From IMG/VR virus record IMGVR_UViG_3300017731_000001: a DNA stretch of 64,000 bases; one strand, given 5' to 3'. The position numbers and the translations under genes are program-made. Below the pieces are notes generated by a model that worked only from the letters and a program-made list of their open reading frames with translations, did not search any database and had not been told where the DNA came from. This DNA is from a virus. Shown one piece after another: positions 45,801-56,500 of this stretch. Each line of letters opens with the position of its first letter. Positions within the stretch are counted from its first letter, which is position 1.

Positions 45801-48800
45801 ATGGTGATTTAATTCTTTATTCCACTGATGGAACATCAATTACTGGATTAACAACATCAACAGGAATAACAACAACATCAGTTCAGTACCAAATAATAAA
45901 AGTTGATAATAATTCATTTAAACTTGCTAATGCTGGAGTTGGTGGAACATCCCCCCTAAATTATCAAAATAACAATTTTGTTAAATTATCTTCAACGGGA
46001 GTTGGATATCAGAATTTCGCTTATCCTGATATTTCTGTTTCTATTGAATTTACATCTGTAGGCGTTGGAACAACTGTATCCACCAGAACATTATCAGCAA
46101 CTCCTTTAGTAAAAGGTAGTATTATTGATGCATACATTTATGATGCAGGAACTGGATATGGATCCAGTGCTATTAATTTTGAAAAGAAACCTTTAATTAC
46201 TCTAAAAAGTGGAAAGAAAGCACAATTAAAACCCATCATAGTTGGTGGAATGGTTGATGTAGTAAATGTTCAGTTTGGAGGAGTGGAATATTTTTCTGTT
46301 CCTGACTTAGAAGTTATAGATTCCAGTGGATCTGGATCTGGTGCTTTATTGAGACCGGTCATATCAACATCCGGAAAAATAACAGATGTTAAAATTATTA
46401 ACGCTGGTATAGGATACTCTAGTACTTCCACTTCCATTAAAGTTGTCCCTAGTGGGTCTGGTGCTATTTTTGACACTGAAGTTAGATCGTTGAGTGTTAA
46501 TAATATTCATAAGTACGGAAATGAAATATTAAGAGAGACTAAAAACAAATTGCAATATACTATTTCTGGATATTATACTGAGTTAAGATCTACATTTAAA
46601 GATGTTCAGAGTAAAGTTTCTGGAATAATTGGTTGGGCATACGATGGAAATCCGATATACGGACCATATGCAAACTCTGATGTGTTGGATACAAGTTCTG
46701 GTCCAATACGTTTAGAATCTGGATACACCAGTAATTCTTCTAGAATTATTGATAGACCCATGGGATTTGATGATGGATTTTTTATTGAGGATTACGAATA
46801 TACAAATTCTGGAGATTTGGATAGACACAATGGTAGATTTACAAAAACAGTAGATTTTCCTAACGGTGTTTATGCGTATTTTGCCACCATTGACAGCAAT
46901 GGAAACCCACAATTCCCATATTTTATCGGAGACAAATATAGGACAAATACTTTAGAAGAAAATAAACTTTTAAATCAAGAATTTAATTTTACAAATTCTA
47001 ATTTACTTAGAAATACTTTCCCATATAAAGTATCCGACCCTTTTGCAAATAATGACTTTTTAATTGAAACCAATGAAATTTCAAGACAAAAATCAGTTAT
47101 TGAATCTGTCACAGAAGGACCAATAGAAAAAATTGATATTCTCAATTCGGGCACAGGTTATAAAGTAAATGATTCTTTAAATTTTGATAATAATGAAACT
47201 AATGGTGATGGGGTTATTGCAAAAATAACTTCAATTTTAGGAAAAAATGTATATAATATACAAACTTCGATAGAAACTTATGATGATGCCATTTTTACTT
47301 GGAATGGAGAAAATGAGATAAAAGTTTCAATTTTACCTCAACATAATCTCAGAGATAAAGAGTATGTAACTATTTCCGGATTTAGTAGTGATTTATCTCA
47401 ATTAAATAATAATTTTCAGATTGGAATCAGTTCTTTTTACTCCAATCTTTCCTCACCAATAGTTGGGTCCGATGCATCTCCTGGAGCAGCAACTACGGAG
47501 ATATACGTATCTCAAATTCCAAGTTCCGTTTCTGCCGGAAGTAGTGTTGGAATTGGATCCGAAACTTTACAAATATTAAATATATTTCCCAATCTGAATA
47601 TTCTCAGAGTTAAGAGAGGTTTAGTCGGAACTTCTCATACTACCACCACAAAAATTGAATATATTCCAGATTCTTTTACAATATCAAAGAATGCGAGTTA
47701 TTTTGAGTCTTCAGTAAATGATAAAGCATACTTCAACCCTAAAGAATCAGTAGGTGTTGGCACGATTGTTGGAATATCAAGTTCAATGACTTTTGAATTT
47801 GGTGATTCTTCTGTGACAAGAGATATTCTAACACAAAGAATTTATATTGAAAATCATCCATTTATAACCAATCAACCTGTCAATTTGATTGTTCCGGCTG
47901 GTGGCGCAATTTCAATTTCCAACACATCTTTAAGCACTCCATATAACTTACCAATATCAGGAGTTACTACCACAGTATATGTTGTAAAAAAGACAATAAA
48001 TTCTATTGGTATTAAAACAGGAATTGGAAATGAATTTAAGGAAGTATTTTTCCGCAATAACGGAACTGATAGTGATGAATATTTATTTGAAAGTATTAGT
48101 CCACAAAAAAAATCAAAAGTTCAAAGAATTAATTCAGTTGTTTCAATTTCAACTGTTGGTCTGAATACGGTAGATCCCGGACAAACTTATCATAAATTGT
48201 CCTCTGGAGATAAAATTACTTTAAATGTTCAACCTAAAATTTTTGGAGGAATAGGAACGGATACATCAGTAATTGTAAAGAGAGACACTCTTACTGATAG
48301 TCTCATTGTAAATCCAATTACCATTGATCCTTCTAATATTGATTCTGTAACTAATCAGATTACAATCAATTCTCATAAATTAGAAACAGGTCAAAAAGTA
48401 AGTTATGCTGCATCTTTACCTGCTTCCGGACTATCTACCGGGTCTTACTATGTCTATAGAATAAATGAAAATATTATTCAACTTTCCGAGACATACATTA
48501 ACTCTACATCAAATCCACCCAATGTAGTGAGTATTGCAAACACTGGTGGCGGAACACAAACAATTTCTCCAATAAATCCAAAAATTAAGATAGTCAAAAA
48601 TAATAGTTTAGTTTTTGATCTGTCAGATTCCTCTTTAGATGGATATCTATTAAAAATTTATTATGATAATCAATTTAATAATGAATTTGTCTCTACTGGT
48701 TCAACTAGTGGAATAACTATTGCGGGTGTAGGAACTGTCGGTGTTAGTGCTAATGCCAAGTTGACTCTCAATTATAACACTGACAATTCTACCAATATTT

Positions 48801-51800
48801 TACCAGAAAAATTATATTATAACTTAGAAAAATCTGGATATATTAGCACTGCAGATGCCGAGGTTAATAATTATTCGGAAATAGAATATATTAAAAGTTC
48901 TTACAATTCTACATATCCTATTTCAGGAATTGGAGAAACGACATTTAATGTTGCACTTAATGAAATTCCAGAAAAACTATCTTATGAATCATCCGAATGT
49001 TCTACTTTGGAATATTCTACAACTTCATTAAATGCAGATGGACCAATTGAAAAAATTAATATTGTTTCTGGAGGGGCTGGATATAAAAAATTACCAAATT
49101 ATGTTGGTTCTTCAAATACCACAGCAAAAGATGCTAATTTGATTGCATCTTCCAAATCTGTTGGTAATACAAAAAATGTGAGAATAATTAATGAAGGATT
49201 TGAATATTCTTCTGATAGAACTTTACAACCAAAAGCAAATATACCAGCAATAGTTACAATTAAAAATTCAAATACTATTGGAATAGTTACAGTTATTAAT
49301 GGAGGAAAAAATTACACAGAATCTCCAAGAGTAGTGATAGTAGACACTGGTACTGGACAATCAATTGATAGAGGAATTTTATCAGCAAGTATTGTTGGAA
49401 ACTCTATTAGTTCAGTAGATGTTCTTCAGTCACCTAAAGGTCTTCCTGATAAATCAACAGAATTATTTACTGTAGAGAATACAAATGGAATTAGCATCCA
49501 AAGAGTCATCCAAGAAACAGACACTAGGTTTGTTTGTAGAATAACAACACCGGCTCTCGGATTTAGTACTAGTTCATTTAGTGTTGGAGAAAAAGTTTTT
49601 ATTGAGGGAATTCAAAAAGTTGGTGCTGCAGGTTCTGGATTTAACTCTGAAGATTATGGATATAAATTCTTCACTGTCAGTGAATATAAAAACTCTAAAT
49701 TTGTTGGAGGTATAACTCAAGATGAGGTTACAATTGATCTGAGTGAATTTACAACTAACATAGGAACTGCCAAGACAATTCAAGATTCTCTTGGAAATAT
49801 AATTAAAAAATCTGATTATCCAACTTTTGACATTGTTCAAGAAATATCTGAATTTACTTTAGGAGAAAAATTATCTATCAATGGACAAAATTCTAACTTA
49901 ATAGTTTCTGGACTTAATCCAGGATCTATAAAAATTTCCGGAGATGATAATGAAGATATAGTTGTTGGTGATATTCTTACAGGACAAGTAAGTTCAAATA
50001 TTGCTACTATAGATCACATTGTTAGAAATAATGGTAGATTTGAAGTTAGTTTCTCTAATAAAAAAAGAATAGGATGGGATAATAACATTGGTAAACTAAG
50101 TTCGGACGATCAAGTAATTCCTGATAACGATTATTATCAAAATCTTTCATATACAGTTAAGAGTCCTATTGAGTGGAGAGAATTTAGAACTCCTGTTAAT
50201 AGTCTTGTTCATACTAGTGGTCTTAAGAATTTTGGTGATCTTGGAATATCTTCAACAGCAAATGCTGGTATTGGTAGCACAACTGCATTTACTATAGTAC
50301 GTGATCTTTTAGAAGAACTTAGAGTAGATACCATTTATAATTTTGACAATGTTCTTGATATTGATGTTGTTGGATCTCAATCCAAATTCTTAAAATTACA
50401 AAATAGAAAATTAACTGATTTTACTTTATCAAAAAGTAATGTAGTTTTAAAAATTGATGATATCAGTGACACATTTTCTAATTCAAACAATATTGAAGAT
50501 ACTGATGTTAAAGATCTTTTCACATTTGCTAGTTCAGATTCCTTTGATGATGTTTTGGTTAGAGTAACTAATTCTAATAATAGCCAAATTCAATTAGCAG
50601 ATTTTACTATTATTAGTGATAATAGCGGAGGCAATTTCTTATTAGAAAAAGGAAATATTGCTAATATTGGGTCAGCTTTAACTTCTGTAGTGGGTGAGGA
50701 TTATGGAAGTTTTTCTGTGACGGATACAAATACATTAAGGTTTGCACCCAAAGATCCGGATAATATTGATTATAATTTTAAATTTATTAAAAACACTTTT
50801 GGATCTGCAACTTCTGGTGTTGGAACCACATCCATCGGATTTATAAATCTAACTGGTTTTAGTGGTGTTGTAACTTCTGGTGGTTCTGGAATAACCAGTT
50901 CTATTATCGGAGTTGCTACTGATAAATTTACTTCATTACATGTTAATACTCAAATTATTCAGTCTAATACAAATGAACTGAATTTTGTAGAATTGTATAT
51001 TACCCATAATGGTACAGATACTTTCTTATCAGAGTATTATTTTGATACTAATGAAAATGCTTCATCTTTCAATTTTATCGGTTCTTTTGGTGCTGATATT
51101 AGTTCTGGAGTTTTAAATCTAAGTTATACTAATGATACTGCAAATGATGTTCAACTGAGATCTAAGATTGTTGGATTTGGAACCACCTCAGTGGGAGTTG
51201 GAACACATAGATTTATCTTACCATCTCAACCAGAAGGATCTGAAAGAAGTGCAATAATCAAATCTGCATATGAAACTACAGTTTCAGCGGCCGCGACAAC
51301 AGTCATAAGTTTTGATAGAAATCTATTCAACTCAGTTAAATCTTTAGTTGAAGTAAGTATGGGGTCTACAAAAGCAGTTCATAATGTATTGGCTTTACAA
51401 GACAATACTTTTGATAATTATGTTCAACAATCATCTTTCCTTTCTGCTGGGGGAATAGGAGTAACTGATGCACAGAGTGGAATGGGAACATTTGGTGTGG
51501 AATATTCTGGAGAAAACTTTATACTTAAATTCTATCCAGATGCTGCAATGACATCATCTTTACAAGTTTCGTCTCTCAACGAAATGTTGTATACAGAATT
51601 AGATTTAAATAATACTGCACCCATTCATCAATATGGCGACATAACACAATCTTTAAATGCTGAATTCTATAATGCGGTAAATGGAAGTAGAATTGATAAA
51701 ACTGATTTTATAGCACAATCTAATGGAATTCCAATTTTTGGAAAAACTTTTAACCCAACTAACCCTTTACAATTAAATCTCAGTACTGGCGTATTTACAA

Positions 51801-54800
51801 TTGACAATCACTTCTTCAGAACTGGCGAAGCTCTTTCATATACTCCCCAATCAACTTTTGTTGGAGTTGGGTCAACTGCAATGACGTATGGTACTGGAAC
51901 GCCTTTACCATCAGTTGTATATGCAATTAGAGAAAATGATGATGAATTTAAACTTGCCACAACTAGAGCAAATGCGGAAGCAGGTGTAAATGTATCTTTC
52001 GGATCATCTGGTGAAGGAAATGCTCATGAATTGTCAATGTTATTAGGTAATGAAAAAACATTAATAACCATAGACAGTATAGCACAATACCCACTGAAGT
52101 TTACTCCAATTGCACATACACTATCAGGAAACCCTGGGGGTCAGATTGGAACCACATCCACATTTTTGAGTTTAAGTGGAATTTCTTCAATAACCCCGAC
52201 AGATTTAATAAAAATTAATGATGAATATATGAAGATTATAAGTGTTGGTATTGGAACTACAGCAGTTGGACCAATAACTGGAATAGGTCAGTCATCTTTG
52301 GTTGAAGTCAAGAGAGGAGTAGTTGGTTCCACAGCAACATCTCATTCTGCTGGGAATGAAGTTAGAGTATATAAAGGTTCGTATAATATTTCCGGTAGAA
52401 ATATTCACTTTGTTGATCCTCCAAAAGGAAACACTTCAGTTAAAAAAGATGTAAGTAATCTCGAACCAGCAAAATCAGATTTTACTGGCAGAGTTTATCT
52501 TAGAAATAATTATGATACAAATCAAATATATGACGATATTTCTAATCAATTTACTGGAATAGGGGCAACATTTACATTGACTGTTGGTGGAGCAAACACT
52601 ACTGGAATTGGAAGTACTGGTGGTAATGGCATTCTGTTTATAAATGGCATTTTCCAGACTCCTTCAACAGCCAATAATCCGGATAATAATTTTTCGTTAA
52701 ATGATGAAAGTACTGTGGGTGTAACAAGTGTTACCTTCAGTGGAATAACTTCTACGGATGGAACTAAGTATTTGTCAAATACTGATTATAATGCAAATCA
52801 ATTGCCGAGAGGAGGAGTAATTGTTTCCCTAGGATCCTCTGGTGGACTTGGATATGCACCCCTAGTTGGTGCTGCTGTGAGTGCCGTAGTTGGTGCCGGT
52901 GGTTCTATAGCAGGATTTACCACAGCATTAACTGGTGGTTCTTTTGGGTCTGGATATAATGGAATAGTATCAATAGGTGTGAGTGTTCATGAGAGTGGGC
53001 ATACTGGTGCTGCTGCAGTAGTATCAGCAACTGCTCTAGTTGGAGCCGGTGGAAGTTTATCTCTTATCGTAGTTGGAAATGGAGGATCGGGATATTCAAA
53101 TCCAGAAGTAATTGTTTCAGAACCAACTTATGAAGGTCTTGAGATAGAAGGAATTTCTAGATTAGGATTTGGTAATACTACACTAACTGGTGTTAATTTA
53201 TTGGTTGATATTGAGGTAGGTGCTGCAACAACAAGTGGAATAGGTTCTGATACATTTGAAGTTTCAAACTTTAAAATTGCAAGAAATGGATATGGATTCA
53301 GAAAAGGAGATATTATTAGACCAGTTGGTTTAGTCACACATAGTACTCTTTCATCAGCAACTTCCGAATTTTTATTGACAGTTGATGATGTATACAACGA
53401 TTCAATTGGAGCATGGCAATTTGGTGAATTTGATTACATAGATTCAATTAAAAATTTCCAAGATTCTAGTAGAACTAGATTCCCACTTTTCTATAATGAC
53501 GAACTTATAAGTTTTGAAGCACAGGAAGGAACACAAGTAAATCTTGCTAATGCATTATTAATTGTAATTAACGGCATTATTCAAGATCCTGGAGTTGCAT
53601 ATTTCTTTGAAGGTGGAACTTCATTCAGTTTTATTGAAGCACCTAAACCAGAAGATAATATTGATATTTTCTTCTATAGAGGAACCAGGAATGGTGATGA
53701 TCAATTGGTCACAAGTATCAATCAAACCATCAAACGGGGCGATTTGGTACAGGTTTATAAAAATAATGCAATTAATGGAACAATATCACAAAATAAAAGA
53801 ACTGTATTTGACTTATCATTCTCGGATAAATTCGAAACAAACTTATATTCTGGCAACGGAATTGATGAGACAAATTACAAACCACTTGCATGGACAAAAC
53901 AAAAAATAGATAAAATTATTAATGGTGAAATTGTTTATAAGTCCAGAGATTCTATAGAGACACAAGTATTCCCGACTGCTAAAATTATCAATACGGTAGA
54001 AAGCAGCGATACTGAAGTATTTGTAGAAAATTTGAAGTTGTTTGATTATGATTCTGCCAGTGATTTTAGTGGTTTGATTGTTAGTGGTTCTACAGATCCA
54101 GTAGCAGCTGCTATAACGGCCACTGTTTCGACTGCAGGAACTATCACTGGATATACAATTTCATCTGGTGGTAGTGGATATACCTCAATTCCGACTATTT
54201 CAGTTGTTGCTCCGCCAGAAGTTGGAGTTGGAGTAGGAACAACTGCGACTGCGACTGCCACTATTTCTGCCGGTGCAGTTTCATCAATTTTAGTTAATAA
54301 TCCAGGACTTGGATATACGATTGCTCCACAGGTTATCGTATCTCTTCCAAATCCAACTTATGAGAATATATCTAGCATTGACGTAATTCAAGGTTTTAGT
54401 GGTATTGTTACTGGAATTACTACCGTAAATGCTCAGGGAATAGGAACATTAGCAATTCAATTTAACTTACATAGATTAGATAGCATATCAAATTACAATA
54501 ATCTTGTTGTTGGATATCCAATTTACATCTATGATACTTCAGTCGGAAATGGCGTAACTTCAATTGCTAATAATGATTTATCTGTTGTTGGTGTTGGTAC
54601 AACTTTCGTAGATAATGTATACTTCATTCAGGAAATATCTAACGTTGGTCTTGCGGGTTCTATTGTTTGTTATGTAAATTCAGGAACTTCAGTTGTTGGT
54701 ATTGCAACAACATCAAATTCGAGCAATCCTGTTGGAAGATTCTCATGGGGAAGATTTGCTGGAATAAGTAGATCTAGTTCCCCAGTTTCTATAGCAGTAA

Positions 54801-54898
54801 CTGGAAATACTGTTGATGTTGGATTGACAACTTTCCCAACAATTCAGAGAAGAGGTACTGGATTAAGGGATGGAGGAGCACTTCCAAAAAATATATAA
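42869..54898 (+). CDS. gp7: Baseplate wedge initiator gp7-like giant protein (4009 aa)
   Basis: QLPEFI...FLKQYY, FYQSKGT..SFRILF, DNDYYQNLSY...VHTSG; lies between gp6 and gp8. Confidence 0.8.
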   Translation: MIQTGFESKVKIQQIIDNQLPEFILDENPKTVEFLKQYYISQEYQGGPVDIVDNLDQYLKLDNLTPEVIVDSTYATSGISSTDTTIAVNSTKGFPSQYGLFKINNEVITYTGITTNSFTGCQRGFSGITSYHSELNQEELVFSDTSKENHNEDATVYNLSSLFLRDFYKKLKYTFAPGLEDVDFAKELNAGNFIKEAKSFYQSKGTDESFRILFNVLYGATPRVVNLEDYLIKPSSAEYLRREIAIAEVISGDPSKLVGQTITKSTDSGTTAAISELEPFTRNNKQYFKLSLFIGYDESSTIQGNFAITPSTKNIETVAIGASVISVDSTIGFAQTGMVISGINSITYSDKTVNQFIGCTGVASTISSASNIRSDEIYFGYEDGDSDKRVEIRLTGVLSNFIQVSDDLNISEGDTISVNNVGDLILNPSIGNRTYKEIFANSWIYNTSSSYEIKDFGVNLSLTLKSEIDKSSLKEGDSVEIIESSGNNPGKVVFPTSSSSITHVVDISPDKKSISLDNFTFNPSPNVEYSLRRKINKARSTGAPIEYGNSAILGDVQNVYTDSTENFGYVASNSLPSSTTGLTTFFTYEITKEINSAFIDSEVSLGNINELNNYTTITFSENAPFLTGDKILYKPDVDPLEGLVEGSYFVEVLASNKKTIKLYNSSSFIGSTDFATFSVPSSGMNKHTFTLFEQRIGEIGAQKLLKKFSIPPNNKNGKGELTIPGTTGMLINGVEVVNYKSEDKIYYGPLNSIKVLNGGSNYDVINLPQLSVSAGLGTTALCRPVIQGSIERVDIDTQDFDIDNVTSIKVIGGNGTGADIRAVVGKRVREVNFDGQLISSNGGVDNNTNQITFLTDHNFSDGQEVIYDSNRNTGIGVGIGTSSLVDEGSYFVKIDNNTTVQLFESYDDYSSNSNVVGLSTLYTTGIHKFKTKEKTKTISSVDVINGGSGYTNRKLIVSPTGITTSNGLISFKNHGFADGDLILYSTDGTSITGLTTSTGITTTSVQYQIIKVDNNSFKLANAGVGGTSPLNYQNNNFVKLSSTGVGYQNFAYPDISVSIEFTSVGVGTTVSTRTLSATPLVKGSIIDAYIYDAGTGYGSSAINFEKKPLITLKSGKKAQLKPIIVGGMVDVVNVQFGGVEYFSVPDLEVIDSSGSGSGALLRPVISTSGKITDVKIINAGIGYSSTSTSIKVVPSGSGAIFDTEVRSLSVNNIHKYGNEILRETKNKLQYTISGYYTELRSTFKDVQSKVSGIIGWAYDGNPIYGPYANSDVLDTSSGPIRLESGYTSNSSRIIDRPMGFDDGFFIEDYEYTNSGDLDRHNGRFTKTVDFPNGVYAYFATIDSNGNPQFPYFIGDKYRTNTLEENKLLNQEFNFTNSNLLRNTFPYKVSDPFANNDFLIETNEISRQKSVIESVTEGPIEKIDILNSGTGYKVNDSLNFDNNETNGDGVIAKITSILGKNVYNIQTSIETYDDAIFTWNGENEIKVSILPQHNLRDKEYVTISGFSSDLSQLNNNFQIGISSFYSNLSSPIVGSDASPGAATTEIYVSQIPSSVSAGSSVGIGSETLQILNIFPNLNILRVKRGLVGTSHTTTTKIEYIPDSFTISKNASYFESSVNDKAYFNPKESVGVGTIVGISSSMTFEFGDSSVTRDILTQRIYIENHPFITNQPVNLIVPAGGAISISNTSLSTPYNLPISGVTTTVYVVKKTINSIGIKTGIGNEFKEVFFRNNGTDSDEYLFESISPQKKSKVQRINSVVSISTVGLNTVDPGQTYHKLSSGDKITLNVQPKIFGGIGTDTSVIVKRDTLTDSLIVNPITIDPSNIDSVTNQITINSHKLETGQKVSYAASLPASGLSTGSYYVYRINENIIQLSETYINSTSNPPNVVSIANTGGGTQTISPINPKIKIVKNNSLVFDLSDSSLDGYLLKIYYDNQFNNEFVSTGSTSGITIAGVGTVGVSANAKLTLNYNTDNSTNILPEKLYYNLEKSGYISTADAEVNNYSEIEYIKSSYNSTYPISGIGETTFNVALNEIPEKLSYESSECSTLEYSTTSLNADGPIEKINIVSGGAGYKKLPNYVGSSNTTAKDANLIASSKSVGNTKNVRIINEGFEYSSDRTLQPKANIPAIVTIKNSNTIGIVTVINGGKNYTESPRVVIVDTGTGQSIDRGILSASIVGNSISSVDVLQSPKGLPDKSTELFTVENTNGISIQRVIQETDTRFVCRITTPALGFSTSSFSVGEKVFIEGIQKVGAAGSGFNSEDYGYKFFTVSEYKNSKFVGGITQDEVTIDLSEFTTNIGTAKTIQDSLGNIIKKSDYPTFDIVQEISEFTLGEKLSINGQNSNLIVSGLNPGSIKISGDDNEDIVVGDILTGQVSSNIATIDHIVRNNGRFEVSFSNKKRIGWDNNIGKLSSDDQVIPDNDYYQNLSYTVKSPIEWREFRTPVNSLVHTSGLKNFGDLGISSTANAGIGSTTAFTIVRDLLEELRVDTIYNFDNVLDIDVVGSQSKFLKLQNRKLTDFTLSKSNVVLKIDDISDTFSNSNNIEDTDVKDLFTFASSDSFDDVLVRVTNSNNSQIQLADFTIISDNSGGNFLLEKGNIANIGSALTSVVGEDYGSFSVTDTNTLRFAPKDPDNIDYNFKFIKNTFGSATSGVGTTSIGFINLTGFSGVVTSGGSGITSSIIGVATDKFTSLHVNTQIIQSNTNELNFVELYITHNGTDTFLSEYYFDTNENASSFNFIGSFGADISSGVLNLSYTNDTANDVQLRSKIVGFGTTSVGVGTHRFILPSQPEGSERSAIIKSAYETTVSAAATTVISFDRNLFNSVKSLVEVSMGSTKAVHNVLALQDNTFDNYVQQSSFLSAGGIGVTDAQSGMGTFGVEYSGENFILKFYPDAAMTSSLQVSSLNEMLYTELDLNNTAPIHQYGDITQSLNAEFYNAVNGSRIDKTDFIAQSNGIPIFGKTFNPTNPLQLNLSTGVFTIDNHFFRTGEALSYTPQSTFVGVGSTAMTYGTGTPLPSVVYAIRENDDEFKLATTRANAEAGVNVSFGSSGEGNAHELSMLLGNEKTLITIDSIAQYPLKFTPIAHTLSGNPGGQIGTTSTFLSLSGISSITPTDLIKINDEYMKIISVGIGTTAVGPITGIGQSSLVEVKRGVVGSTATSHSAGNEVRVYKGSYNISGRNIHFVDPPKGNTSVKKDVSNLEPAKSDFTGRVYLRNNYDTNQIYDDISNQFTGIGATFTLTVGGANTTGIGSTGGNGILFINGIFQTPSTANNPDNNFSLNDESTVGVTSVTFSGITSTDGTKYLSNTDYNANQLPRGGVIVSLGSSGGLGYAPLVGAAVSAVVGAGGSIAGFTTALTGGSFGSGYNGIVSIGVSVHESGHTGAAAVVSATALVGAGGSLSLIVVGNGGSGYSNPEVIVSEPTYEGLEIEGISRLGFGNTTLTGVNLLVDIEVGAATTSGIGSDTFEVSNFKIARNGYGFRKGDIIRPVGLVTHSTLSSATSEFLLTVDDVYNDSIGAWQFGEFDYIDSIKNFQDSSRTRFPLFYNDELISFEAQEGTQVNLANALLIVINGIIQDPGVAYFFEGGTSFSFIEAPKPEDNIDIFFYRGTRNGDDQLVTSINQTIKRGDLVQVYKNNAINGTISQNKRTVFDLSFSDKFETNLYSGNGIDETNYKPLAWTKQKIDKIINGEIVYKSRDSIETQVFPTAKIINTVESSDTEVFVENLKLFDYDSASDFSGLIVSGSTDPVAAAITATVSTAGTITGYTISSGGSGYTSIPTISVVAPPEVGVGVGTTATATATISAGAVSSILVNNPGLGYTIAPQVIVSLPNPTYENISSIDVIQGFSGIVTGITTVNAQGIGTLAIQFNLHRLDSISNYNNLVVGYPIYIYDTSVGNGVTSIANNDLSVVGVGTTFVDNVYFIQEISNVGLAGSIVCYVNSGTSVVGIATTSNSSNPVGRFSWGRFAGISRSSSPVSIAVTGNTVDVGLTTFPTIQRRGTGLRDGGALPKNI

Positions 54899-54921
54899 TG
54901 AATATATAATGACAATTCTCT

Positions 54922-54929
54922 TATAAATA
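54922..54929 (+). promoter_or_regulatory. T4-type late promoter TATAAATA
   Basis: Exact consensus before gp8. Confidence 0.85.
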
Positions 54930-54946
54930 TCTAAAAAACTATTAAT

Positions 54947-56494
54947 ATGGCTGCGGTAGTAACAGATCAATTTAGAATATCAAATGCAAATAATTTTGTA
55001 GACTCTGTAGCAAATACGAGCAATTCTTATTATGTATTTTTAGGATTACCAAATCCAGCTAATCCAGTATCTGGTTTTGGTAGAACTACTTCAGATACTG
55101 AATGGAATAGTAATACTCCAACTCCAACAGATAATTTGCAGTTTACTTCACAATATAGAGATACTGCTTTATTTGGAAAAAAAGTGACAACATCTAATGT
55201 TAGAAGACTTATACGAAAAGTTAATTGGGCTTCTAATACTAGATATGACATGTACAGGCATGATTATAGTATTTCAAATCCTGCCCCCAATTCCAATCTA
55301 AGTAGATTATATGATACGAATTATTATGTGATTAATAGTGACTTTAGAGTTTATATTTGTATCGATAATGGTTCTTCAGGTTCTAATTTGAAAGGAAATG
55401 TATCAAAGGATGAACCAACATTTACTGACTTAGAACCATCAGCAGCTGGAACTAGTGGTGATGGATATATTTGGAAATATCTTTTTTCAGTAGCTCCTAG
55501 CGATATTATAAAATTTGATTCTACCGAGTATGTTGTAGTCCCTAATGACTGGGCAACAACAACAGATACCCAAATTCAAAGTATTAGAGAAGCAGGTGAT
55601 TCTGATATAAATTTGAATCAGATTAAGAAAATATACATTGCTAATGGTGGATCTAATTACACCTCCGGAATTGTGGCAATTAACGGTGATGGAAGTGGTG
55701 CCAAAGCATTAATTGATGTAAATTCTTCCGGAACAATAACTTCTGCCACTGTAACTGCTGGTGGTAGTGGATATACTTATGGAATAGTCGATTTAGGATC
55801 TCTTCAACCTTCCGGAACATTGGCAGATCCTGCAAATTTAATACCAATTATTCCACCATCAAGAGGTCATGGTTATGATATCTATACTGAATTAGGTACA
55901 GATAAAATATTAATCTATGCCAGATTTGATGATTCGAATAGGGATTTTCCAATTGACACCAAATTTACTCAAATTGGAGTATTAAAAAATCCGCAACAAT
56001 ATTCATCTGCTACAATATATACTGCCAATCAATATTCATCTTTATTTTCAGTAAGATTGAATTCAGTTACATCAACTCCAGTTGTAGGTGCAGCAATGTC
56101 ACAATCGGTAAGTGGAGGTGCTGCTAAAGGATATGTTGCATCATATGACGATGAAACTAAAGTATTAAAATATTTTCAAGATAGATCATTATACTTTGGA
56201 AATACAAAAGATCATACTGACATTGATAATGTTAGTAGTAATAGTAAATTATTATCTTTTGAATCTTCAGGTAATAATATTTCCCCATTTACAGGATCAA
56301 TTGATACTGGATTTTCTGGAATTAAAACAACCATAAATTCTAAGGAAATTGATTTGGGAGTCAATTTTACAAATGGACTTGCAAATCCCGAGATAAATAA
56401 GAAGACAGGGGAAATCATTTACATTGATAATAGACCTCTAATTCAAAGAGATTCTCGCCAAAAAGAAGACGTTAAAATTATTCTGGAATTCTAA
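54947..56494 (+). CDS. gp8: Baseplate wedge subunit gp8
   Basis: YDMYRHDY, FRVYICIDN, DGYIWKYLF, C-terminal GEIIYIDNR...QKEDVKIILEF. Confidence 0.9.
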   Translation: MAAVVTDQFRISNANNFVDSVANTSNSYYVFLGLPNPANPVSGFGRTTSDTEWNSNTPTPTDNLQFTSQYRDTALFGKKVTTSNVRRLIRKVNWASNTRYDMYRHDYSISNPAPNSNLSRLYDTNYYVINSDFRVYICIDNGSSGSNLKGNVSKDEPTFTDLEPSAAGTSGDGYIWKYLFSVAPSDIIKFDSTEYVVVPNDWATTTDTQIQSIREAGDSDINLNQIKKIYIANGGSNYTSGIVAINGDGSGAKALIDVNSSGTITSATVTAGGSGYTYGIVDLGSLQPSGTLADPANLIPIIPPSRGHGYDIYTELGTDKILIYARFDDSNRDFPIDTKFTQIGVLKNPQQYSSATIYTANQYSSLFSVRLNSVTSTPVVGAAMSQSVSGGAAKGYVASYDDETKVLKYFQDRSLYFGNTKDHTDIDNVSSNSKLLSFESSGNNISPFTGSIDTGFSGIKTTINSKEIDLGVNFTNGLANPEINKKTGEIIYIDNRPLIQRDSRQKEDVKIILEF

Positions 56495-56500
56495 AGAAAA

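Noticed and set aside
54890-54911. Tandem AATATATAATG duplication at the gp7 stop
   Set aside because: Simple 11-bp slippage duplication with no evident function.
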